From the NCBI GenBank assembly GCA_033809015.1, contig JAPXMM010000002.1:1-47104 (forward strand): DNA of 47,104 bases, read 5' to 3'. The notes below the pieces were generated by a model. The model was given only the letters and a program-made list of their open reading frames with translations. It did not search any database and was not told the origin of the DNA. The DNA comes from Bacteroidales bacterium (GTDB taxonomy: Bacteria; Bacteroidota; Bacteroidia; Bacteroidales; DTU049). How positions within the stretch are numbered: position 1 is the stretch's first letter; every line of letters starts with the position of its first letter. This document shows, piece by piece, positions 20,123-28,020 of the stretch. Both the position numbers and the translations under genes were made by a program.

Positions 20123-20977
20123 ATGAAAAAATCTCTAACAATTATTATTTTTTTTATAATTACTTTGATTGCATTTGGGCAGAAACAAATAGGGAAAGAA
20201 ACTTCCGCAATTGTTGCCGAAGGAAAATTGCTTTATAAATCAGAAATGGCTTCGTGGTATGGCACAGACATTTTTCTTGACAAATACAAAGACAAAGCAG
20301 ACGATGTGGGAGGATATTTTTCATATCTCGAAAATAATATCGCAAAGTGTATTTTCTTTTCTAATGATGACAACCCAAAAGTAATTGCGACAATTACTTT
20401 TGACAGCACATACAATGTAAACATAGCTCAAATAGATGGTAATGAAAGAGAATTTACAACTTATGAAAATGATCTTTATACGATTCGTAAAAAAACATTA
20501 AAAGAAGTAAATAGCGATACTCTTATTAAAATGTACAAGAATACAAACATTAATTTGGTACCTCTTATAAATAATAACGAGAAGAAAGTTTATATTTTAA
20601 CTGTACCAGAAAATAATGGAATTGTCATTTTTGGCAATGATTATTTGTTTACTTTTGATAAAAACAATAATCTGGTAAGTAAGAAACAAATTCACAAAAA
20701 CATAATTGTGAATGAATATAGCAAAGGACAGGAAAGTGAGATAGAATTAAAGGAAGCTCTACACACTCATTTAGCATCAACAGGAAAATTCATTACCTCT
20801 ACCGACATTTGTACGCTAATGCTTTACGAGAATTTTGCAAAATGGGAAAAGTATTATGTGATTTCCGATGAATATGTATCAATTTGGAATTGCAAAACTA
20901 ACAAGCTTACTGTTATTACAAGAGAGGTTTGGGATAAAATGAATAAAGACCAAAAAGAGCGACACCTAGAAAAATAA
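20123..20977 (+). CDS. Secreted protein of unknown function, paralog A (pairs with 26867-27661)
   Basis: Sec signal peptide. Blocks shared with the 264-aa paralog: AEGKLLYKSE..W.GTD / AEADLMYKYE..WNSTD, GGY, FGNDYLF, and H....T..ITSTDICT / ITATDICT. Confidence 0.7.
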   Translation: MKKSLTIIIFFIITLIAFGQKQIGKETSAIVAEGKLLYKSEMASWYGTDIFLDKYKDKADDVGGYFSYLENNIAKCIFFSNDDNPKVIATITFDSTYNVNIAQIDGNEREFTTYENDLYTIRKKTLKEVNSDTLIKMYKNTNINLVPLINNNEKKVYILTVPENNGIVIFGNDYLFTFDKNNNLVSKKQIHKNIIVNEYSKGQESEIELKEALHTHLASTGKFITSTDICTLMLYENFAKWEKYYVISDEYVSIWNCKTNKLTVITREVWDKMNKDQKERHLEK

Positions 20978-21137
20978 GCAGACTAAAAGCAGCCGATAAC
21001 AGCATAAAACGGCAAGTGAGGATATATTTGACAAAGCATATACTAATTTTTGGTGTGGTTTGATAGTAAAGTGCTCTGAGATCCACCAGTACGCCAAGTT
21101 CAATACCACTATAGGTTATGAACTCCTAAAAATCGTA

Positions 21138-21262
21138 CAAAATATTTAAAATATCAAAAAAATGAATAATTTTTTAGATAAAATCATAATAAATATGTAT
21201 AATTTTGTTATGAGAATGGTTATAAAAATTAGTAAATATTTTAAAAAAATAAATACATCTTA
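21138..21262 (+). repeat. ~115-bp duplicate of the leader region found upstream of paralog B
   Basis: AATGAATAATTTTTTAGATAAAATCATAATAAATATG...GGTTATAAAAATTAGTAAATATTT matches 26748-26866 (AATGAGTAATTTTTTAGATAAAATCATAATAAGGTATG...GGTTATAAATAAAGTAGTAAATATTT). Confidence 0.6.
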
Positions 21263-21382
21263 AAAATGATAAAAAGTATAAAATATATTCGAAATTTGGT
21301 CGAGCTTATACGCTTTTTGTGCTATTAAGGTGCGATTATAAACAAATTATAAAACATTGACAACAACAAAAACAACAAAATT

Positions 21383-22351
21383 ATGAATATACCAGTAGAA
21401 TATCAAGACCTTTCAGGGACAATTACCAATCAAACTTACAACTTGACACGAATTGCTTTTGCAAAACATTTAGCAATTGCAGGACAAGGTTATGCTCCAA
21501 AACCACATAAATTTATACGGACACTTTCAATGTTTTTTCATTACATCTATTACATACAAAGACAATCATTTAACAGCGATAAATTTTCGGAACCTCTTAT
21601 GATACTTTCTGACCCAACTGAAAAAGGACAATTTTCAAATCTAGCAGGTAAAGCAATAGCTGACTTTCTATCCAAGAAAATAGACCAAAGCTTATTTACT
21701 GTAAACTATGAAGGTGCAATGAAATCACTGAATATAAAAGTTAAAGGAGGACGACCTGACTTACTTGCATTCAAAAAGGATTCTATGTTTGCTATTGAAG
21801 CAAAAGGGTTTTCGGGTGGAGCAGGTAATATGACACAACACATGAATCAATCTCAAACAGGTAAAATTCCAGTTAATTTTTCTGTTGCTTGTGTTTCTTA
21901 CAAACTATACAAAAATGTTAAATGTAAATATCACAAAATATGTAATAACAATGTGTCTTATAACAACGGACTTTTAAGAAAACTTACTCAACAATATTAT
22001 GGTGGATTTTTGGGATTTTTAAACGAAACATATTTCAACTATAGAGAAATAGAAATTCAAAGCGAAAAATTTTATGAAGTTGAGTTATCGCATGAATCTT
22101 TTAAAAAATTGTTCCCTGAAAAATTTACCTTCATATCTTTGGATCCCTTGGAAATTTTTAAGTATTACCTACCTAAATTAATTCTTCCACTTAAAATAAG
22201 AGATTATGCAAAAGATGGTATTACAAGTGAAACTGAACCATTTATTTTTGAGACGAATACAGAAAATAACTTATTATATGTAGACAATGACAGAATTGGT
22301 TTAAAAATTGAATCTACTCCGAAAAGTAAATATTTAAAATTAAAAATTTAA
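21383..22351 (+). CDS. Hypothetical protein with a PD-(D/E)xK nuclease-like motif
   Basis: GGRPDLLAFKKDSMFAIEAKGF fits PD...x14...E-A-K spacing, preceded by a possible helix-acidic element (LSDPTEKGQFSNLAGKAIADFL). I recognise nothing else in the protein. Confidence 0.5.
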   Translation: MNIPVEYQDLSGTITNQTYNLTRIAFAKHLAIAGQGYAPKPHKFIRTLSMFFHYIYYIQRQSFNSDKFSEPLMILSDPTEKGQFSNLAGKAIADFLSKKIDQSLFTVNYEGAMKSLNIKVKGGRPDLLAFKKDSMFAIEAKGFSGGAGNMTQHMNQSQTGKIPVNFSVACVSYKLYKNVKCKYHKICNNNVSYNNGLLRKLTQQYYGGFLGFLNETYFNYREIEIQSEKFYEVELSHESFKKLFPEKFTFISLDPLEIFKYYLPKLILPLKIRDYAKDGITSETEPFIFETNTENNLLYVDNDRIGLKIESTPKSKYLKLKI

Positions 22352-22380
22352 TTAAAAATAATCAAAAAATTAATTATAAT

Positions 22381-22414
22381 TTTGCTTAGAAAAAAAATTT
22401 TTGATGTAAATTTG
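22381..22414 (+). promoter_or_regulatory. Promoter candidate for the 22490-25936 operon
   Basis: TTTG (22381-22384), a 22-nt spacer containing an A8T5 run, then TAAATTTG (22407-22414). The -7 box and flank (ATGTAAATTTG) are identical to the one at 20089-20099. Confidence 0.35.
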
Positions 22415-22489
22415 CAAAAAGATATTATTTGTATATTTATGGTGATGGCGACCACCTTAAGCGGAGCCAAAACAATTAATTAAAAAAAT

Positions 22490-23848
22490 ATGTACAACGA
22501 ACAGTTAGAAAAATTGATTGAAATGGCTCTTATAGATGGAGATCTAACAGAAAAAGAAAAGCAAATTCTTTTCAAAAAGGCAGAGGAACTTGGGGTTGAC
22601 CTTGATGAATTTGAAATGGTACTTGAAGCAAAATTGTTTGAAAAACAGCAAGGCAATAAATCAGATACGTCTACACCTGAATCTGTTAAAATTGGTGATG
22701 TAAAAAAATGCCCAAGATGTAAAGAACCTATACCTGCTTTGAGTAATGTATGTCCTGCTTGTGGTTATGTTTTAAATACAGAATCATCGGTTTCCGATAG
22801 TCAATCATTAGAAGCTTTGATTGAAAATATTGAAAATGACATTATTGAAATAAAATCGTTTCCAAAACCGACTGTAATTTCAACATTAATAAAACAACTG
22901 CCAATCATCTTAATTTTAATTGGTGTAATACTTTTTATAATAGCTACAAAATTTAGCATTATTTATTTGAAATATATACTAATGATTGTTGGCGGTGCTT
23001 GTGTTATAGGTGCTTTTTTTATTTTTAAAAATAAATATATTAAAGAAAAAAGAGAACGAGAATTGAAGGAAAATGGGATTTTTATTACAGAAAAGAATGA
23101 TTCCTCTCTTGAGAAACTAAAAGCAGACTTTGAAAAAAATAGCAGAACTGCCAAAATATTCTATGGTGAAAATAAGAAAGTTTCTAATCTTATTGATGAG
23201 TTCAAGAAAGAAATTCAAGATATTGAGAAGAAACGAAAAAAATTAATGTTTCAAAATTGGATTGTGTATGGAATTATTTGTTTGATAGCCGCTAGTATAT
23301 TATTTATTCCAAAGCAAAAATCTAACTATGAACTTATGATAGAAGAAATACAAGAAAAATTAGCTGAACTAAAAACTAAGGAATATATTATTGATGGAGG
23401 AAAATTTAAAACAACAGGGAATTTCGGTAGTTTGTATCAAATAACCTCTACCAAAGTAGTTGTAAATATAGATTATAAAATATATTATGACGCAAGAGGT
23501 TACTTTTTGTCGATTCAGGGGATAAAGCTAACTCTAAATCCAAACAATAAACTAAAATTAAAGAAAGAAATTACGAAAATAAAAGAAGGATGCCCTTATT
23601 CTAATGAAACCCATTGCGGTAAACTTACTTCGGCACTAATTTTGGAAGATGAAAACAATAATTCAGTTGGAATAAAGAGTCTTGAGTTGTTGAATGGCGA
23701 TGATCCAGATAACAAAGCTCTTTTTTATTCAGAATCAGAAGAAGTTCTATTGTCTTTTAAAGGAGGACCTTACACAAAACAAGATATAGATAAGTTGTCA
23801 AATGTAAAAAATTTCACAATTTCTATAATAATTGCAAAAGAATATTAA
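22490..23848 (+). CDS. Membrane protein: TerB-like N-terminal helices, Zn ribbon, 2 TM, coiled coil, a third TM, and an unknown ~190-aa C-terminal domain
   Basis: LIEMALIDGDLTEKEKQILFKKAEELGVDLDEFEMVLE (TerB/DjlA-N-like); CPRCKEPIPALSNVCPACG; hydrophobic stretches LPIILILIGVILFIIA, ILMIVGGACVIGAFFIF and WIVYGIICLIAASILFI; K/E-rich segment 180-245. Confidence 0.7.
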   Translation: MYNEQLEKLIEMALIDGDLTEKEKQILFKKAEELGVDLDEFEMVLEAKLFEKQQGNKSDTSTPESVKIGDVKKCPRCKEPIPALSNVCPACGYVLNTESSVSDSQSLEALIENIENDIIEIKSFPKPTVISTLIKQLPIILILIGVILFIIATKFSIIYLKYILMIVGGACVIGAFFIFKNKYIKEKRERELKENGIFITEKNDSSLEKLKADFEKNSRTAKIFYGENKKVSNLIDEFKKEIQDIEKKRKKLMFQNWIVYGIICLIAASILFIPKQKSNYELMIEEIQEKLAELKTKEYIIDGGKFKTTGNFGSLYQITSTKVVVNIDYKIYYDARGYFLSIQGIKLTLNPNNKLKLKKEITKIKEGCPYSNETHCGKLTSALILEDENNNSVGIKSLELLNGDDPDNKALFYSESEEVLLSFKGGPYTKQDIDKLSNVKNFTISIIIAKEY

Positions 23849-23852
23849 AAAT

Positions 23853-25199
23853 ATGGGGTTATTCGGGAATAAATCAGAAGGCGGATTAATTGACGTAATC
23901 CGTTGTGACGAACAAGAATATCTTGTTTGGAAATGGCGACCATCTGGTGAAGCAAACACAACAAAAAAAGAAAATTCAATACGCTACGGTAGTAGTTTGC
24001 GAGTTAAAGACGGAGAATTAGCCGTTTTTATGTATCAACAAAAAGACGAGTTGATTCAAGATTACATTTTGGGTCCCTATGATGATACAATAAAAACTGC
24101 GAACTTTCCTGTACTAACCAGCATTGTTGGTGCTGCTTTTGGTGGTGCTTCTCCATTTCAGGCAGAAATCTACTTTATTAATTTATCGGGCAATGTTCAG
24201 ATTAAGTTTGGAGTCCCTTACTTTGATGTATTTGACCCAAGATTTTTAGATTTTGCTGTGCCTATGGTAGCAAGAGGTACAATTACTTTTAATATTACAG
24301 ATTATAAAAGATTTATTAAACTCAATAGACTTATCAACTTTGATATAGAAGATTTTAATAATCAAATTAGAGATGCTGTTACAAGATATATTAAAGGTGT
24401 AATAACAAATATCCCAGCTGACAAAGGAATACCAGTTCTTCAAATGGAACGAAAACTTTTTGAAATTAATGAAATTGTTGCTGCTTACCTCAAACCAATA
24501 CTTGAAAATGATTTTGGTGTAAATATGAAAAGACTTGATCTTGCTGCTATTGAAGTTGATAAAGAAAGTGAGGGTTATGCAGAGTTAAGAAAAGTAACAG
24601 CCGAGCAAACAACAAAAACCATACTAGCCCAAGCTGATGTTAATATAAAGAATATGGAAGACATGCAAAATATTAATGCACAAAATATGGATGAAACATT
24701 GCGTATTCAAAGAGAAGAATCACAGAGGGCACAGAAACTTCAAACCGAAACCAACTTTATCGGCACTCATGCACTCAATCAACAAACAGAGGTTCTTAAA
24801 ACAGGAGCTGAAAGTTTAGGAAATATGGGTAACATGGACATGGGCGAAGGCGGAGGAATGAACCCCGCTGGATTGATTACAGGAATGATGATGGGAGGTG
24901 CAATGGGTAATCAAATGGCTGGTATGATGAACCAAATTGGACAAAATATGAATCAACCCCTAAACTCACCACCTCCACCTCCACAAATCCAATATAGTGT
25001 TTCAGTAAACGGTCAAACAGCAGGTCCATTTAATTGGCAACAACTACAGCAAATGGTACAAAATGGACAACTGACAAAAAATACTTATGTTTGGAAACAA
25101 GGCATGGCAGGTTGGGAATTAGCAGGTAATGTACAAGAACTTGCAAATTTGTTTGAAGCAGTTCCGCCACCCCCACCTCCGCCACCACCAGATGTTTAA
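23853..25199 (+). CDS. SPFH/Band-7 protein of the YdjI (PF13421) type with an M/G/N/Q-rich linker, C-terminal GYF_2 domain and polyproline tail
   Basis: MGLFGNKSEGGLIDVIRCDEQEYLVWKWRP...GASPFQAEIYFIN...ARGTITFNI matches the remembered Band_7_1 pattern. YSVSVNGQTAGPFNWQQLQQMVQNGQLTKNTYVWKQGMAGWELAGNV is the GYF_2 (DUF4339) pattern. The protein ends in P9. I prefer the ATG at 23853 (4 nt after the upstream stop) over the track's TTG at 23832. Confidence 0.85.
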   Translation: MGLFGNKSEGGLIDVIRCDEQEYLVWKWRPSGEANTTKKENSIRYGSSLRVKDGELAVFMYQQKDELIQDYILGPYDDTIKTANFPVLTSIVGAAFGGASPFQAEIYFINLSGNVQIKFGVPYFDVFDPRFLDFAVPMVARGTITFNITDYKRFIKLNRLINFDIEDFNNQIRDAVTRYIKGVITNIPADKGIPVLQMERKLFEINEIVAAYLKPILENDFGVNMKRLDLAAIEVDKESEGYAELRKVTAEQTTKTILAQADVNIKNMEDMQNINAQNMDETLRIQREESQRAQKLQTETNFIGTHALNQQTEVLKTGAESLGNMGNMDMGEGGGMNPAGLITGMMMGGAMGNQMAGMMNQIGQNMNQPLNSPPPPPQIQYSVSVNGQTAGPFNWQQLQQMVQNGQLTKNTYVWKQGMAGWELAGNVQELANLFEAVPPPPPPPPPDV

Positions 25200-25234
25200 T
25201 CCTCAAAATGTTTAATCCGTAAAAATATAACCAT

Positions 25235-25588
25235 ATGAATGAAGATAGTTTTTTTTCAATAAACAGATTAGTTGAATTCGGGATTAGCTTGGCAGTTGCT
25301 CAACAAATGGTACAAACTATGAATCAAGCAATGACAAATATGCAAGTTCCTGGAGCAATGAACTCAATGCAATCAGCCCCACAACAATTTTATTATGCAA
25401 TAATTGAAGGTAAACAAGCCGGCCCATTTTCTGAGCAAGAATTATCTAGATTAATTGCAGAGAAAAAAGTTGTTAAAGAAACGTACATTTGGAAACCAGG
25501 TTTAGCAAATTGGGAAATTGCAGAAAAATTGCCAGAAGTTTTAAAATTGGTTGCTTTAGCTCCACCACCATTTCAACAAAATCAATAG
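25235..25588 (+). CDS. Small GYF_2-domain protein (stand-alone copy of the tail of the preceding SPFH protein)
   Basis: YYAIIEGKQAGPFSEQELSRLIAEKKVVKETYIWKPGLANWEIAEKLPEV, preceded by a Q/M/N-rich segment and ending in APPPFQQNQ. Confidence 0.75.
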   Translation: MNEDSFFSINRLVEFGISLAVAQQMVQTMNQAMTNMQVPGAMNSMQSAPQQFYYAIIEGKQAGPFSEQELSRLIAEKKVVKETYIWKPGLANWEIAEKLPEVLKLVALAPPPFQQNQ

Positions 25589-25591
25589 ATT

Positions 25592-25936
25592 ATGAAAATA
25601 AATTTAGTACAAACTATTATAGCCATAGCGATAAGTTTACTCATCGCTTATGCCTTGTATAATTTTCACGATAGTGAAAACAAAATACTTTTGGGTGCAG
25701 GTAGTTTTGTGTTTATTGCAGTAACATTAATATTTACTTTCGGAATAAGTTTTGAGAAATCAAGAGCAACAACAAATATCAGGGTTGTTTCCGGGATTTT
25801 CTTTGCTATTGCGTTGATAAGCAACTTGATTTTCACCTTTATTCAATTTTCAATTCCAATCTATGTAATAACCAATGGAATTTTGTTGTTAGTTTTTATT
25901 TTGATTGCATACTCATTAAATAAAGCAAAACAATGA
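25592..25936 (+). CDS. Small integral membrane protein (about 4 TM)
   Basis: Four hydrophobic stretches in 114 aa. The start lies 3 nt after the upstream stop. Confidence 0.7.
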   Translation: MKINLVQTIIAIAISLLIAYALYNFHDSENKILLGAGSFVFIAVTLIFTFGISFEKSRATTNIRVVSGIFFAIALISNLIFTFIQFSIPIYVITNGILLLVFILIAYSLNKAKQ

Positions 25937-26340
25937 ATTTAAGAATTATCAAATGCATTTTGTGAATGAATTTGTTACTACGTTTACATATTCCAATATC
26001 CAAAAAAATGAAAGTATCTTTTATATAGTCAGTGGAAGATGAATTTTTTGGTAAATGAGACTAAAAATGACAAATATAAATAAATTAGAAAGATTCTTAA
26101 GTCAATAAACTAAATCAAACATTTCATTCCGATGAAACTTATGTTTAGCTTGATAGGAAATCATCAGAAATCCACTACTGAACATATACTAGATTGGTAT
26201 TACCAACCGTATAAACAAAATGCTCCAGAGATAGTGATATAATAATTTGTTTAGATAGCTGACAATTTGGCAGATTAATTATAGTGGCATATTATTCGCT
26301 AAACAATTGTATAAATGACATTAAGAAATAATATTTACAA

Positions 26341-26718
26341 ATGAAGAATTACTACAAAATTTTGGAAGTAAAACCTACCGCAACAAAAGAAGAAATCAAA
26401 AAAATGTATCGTAAATTAGCGTTTAAATTTCATCCTGACAAAAACCCTAATAATAAGGAAGCCGAAGAAATATTTAAGGAAATAAACGAAGCTAATGAAA
26501 ATCTTACTGATGACACCAAACGAGCAAAGCACGACTATGACTTACAACAGGAAAGAGTAAGACAGGAATCGGAAAGGAGAGCTAAAATGCAGCAAGAATT
26601 CATAGAAAAAATAATAATAGTTGCTGCTGTTATTATTGCCATTGTTGGCGTTGTTTCACTTATTGCAGCTAACAACGTAAATAATGGAACTAGTGCATTA
26701 AAAAAATTAATCCCATGA
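26341..26718 (+). CDS. Tail-anchored J-domain (DnaJ-like) protein
   Basis: [33 protein letters not shown] carries the HPD motif. A charged linker is followed by the C-terminal [22 protein letters not shown]. Confidence 0.85.
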   Translation: MKNYYKILEVKPTATKEEIKKMYRKLAFKFHPDKNPNNKEAEEIFKEINEANENLTDDTKRAKHDYDLQQERVRQESERRAKMQQEFIEKIIIVAAVIIAIVGVVSLIAANNVNNGTSALKKLIP

Positions 26719-26747
26719 ATAATTTTACTTCACCAAACAATCTTTAC

Positions 26748-26866
26748 AAAATGTTTGAAATATTAAACAATGAGTAATTTTTTAGATAAAATCATAATAA
26801 GGTATGAATAAATTTAATTTAGGTACGGTTATAAATAAAGTAGTAAATATTTAAAAAGACACAAAT
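26748..26866 (+). repeat. Leader repeat (partner of 21138-21262), directly upstream of paralog B
   Basis: See 21138-21262. This copy ends at the ATG of 26867. Confidence 0.6.
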
Positions 26867-27661
26867 ATGAAACGGATTACAATTTTATTTTTTTTAGGAA
26901 CACTTTTTCTGAATGTATTCTCTCAAGATGAGAATATACAGTTAAAATTTGATTCAATAATTGCAGAAGCAGATTTAATGTATAAATATGAAAAGACCGT
27001 TTGGAATTCTACAGATTTATTAATGGCTAACAAAAATTTAAAAAAGAATTATGGTGGTTATATTGTTAGACATTCAGCTGATTCAATTTTTGTAACACAC
27101 TTAGACAAAAATCAGAAAGAAAGTATTGCTAGATTCGTATATATTTCTACAAATTTTAATGAGCCTTACCAAGTAAGAATAGAATCTTCACCTTTGTCTG
27201 TCACAGAAAAAGAATTATTTGACATTAAAGTTAAAATGATTAATCAACTTTCTGACAGCAAATATAATGTGACAATACCACCAGGATTTAATCCTAACTT
27301 TGTTTTAATGAAAAATGATACAATATTTAAACTTTATATTATAATGGGGACATCAGAAGCCGGAGTGATACCTTTTGGAAATGATTATTTGTTTATAGCA
27401 AATTCAAAAGGAGATATTGTAGATTGGACTAAATTCCATTCTCGTATTATACCGACAATGGCTAAATATGAAGGAAAAAAAGTAACAAAATCTTCGCATT
27501 CTCATTTGCGGACTACTCCATATATTACAGCAACAGACATTTGTACTTTTAGACTTTATGCACAATACACAGGGCTGGAAGAATTCTCAGTATATTCACC
27601 TGCACTAGGAAAAACGATGACCTATAATTTGAAAACAAATAAAATTGAAATAGAAGAATAA
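26867..27661 (+). CDS. Secreted protein of unknown function, paralog B
   Basis: Signal peptide. It shares the FGNDYLF, TATDICTF and other blocks with 20123-20977. Confidence 0.7.
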   Translation: MKRITILFFLGTLFLNVFSQDENIQLKFDSIIAEADLMYKYEKTVWNSTDLLMANKNLKKNYGGYIVRHSADSIFVTHLDKNQKESIARFVYISTNFNEPYQVRIESSPLSVTEKELFDIKVKMINQLSDSKYNVTIPPGFNPNFVLMKNDTIFKLYIIMGTSEAGVIPFGNDYLFIANSKGDIVDWTKFHSRIIPTMAKYEGKKVTKSSHSHLRTTPYITATDICTFRLYAQYTGLEEFSVYSPALGKTMTYNLKTNKIEIEE

Positions 27662-28020
27662 AAAAAGCTAACAAAGGCTATGTGCAATAAGGGTTTTAGT
27701 GGCTATTTAAGCATTATAGTTCGATCAAAAATTTTTGTAATAATAGAAAAACTCCAAAAGTTGTATAAACATTTTCAAATCTGAATATAACTTTATTCAC
27801 TCCTAAAGTTTAAAAAATTTTAGGAGTTATGAATAATGCCATCATTGTTACAAAAAAGTACGAAATGATAGTCGGGCATTATTGATATTTTATTTAGATA
27901 CATATCGATAACAGCTATGTATATGAAACGTACTAGTTTGAGAGGCTTAGTCTCTACCCACAATAGTAAAAAACGTGAGGCTGAAAGAAATACTTGATTA
28001 GCCAATGAAACCGCTACGTT

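Noticed and set aside
23832-23852. The TTG start given by the ORF track for the SPFH gene, which overlaps the upstream gene by 17 nt.
   Set aside because: The ATG at 23853 yields the family-typical N-terminus MGLFG... and lies 4 nt after the upstream stop, so the extra 7 codons are unnecessary.
27820-28005. A 61-aa minus-strand ORF in the gap downstream of the SLATT gene.
   Set aside because: It has no motif, no plausible start context and hydrophobic junk-like composition. I kept the region as a non-coding gap of interest instead.
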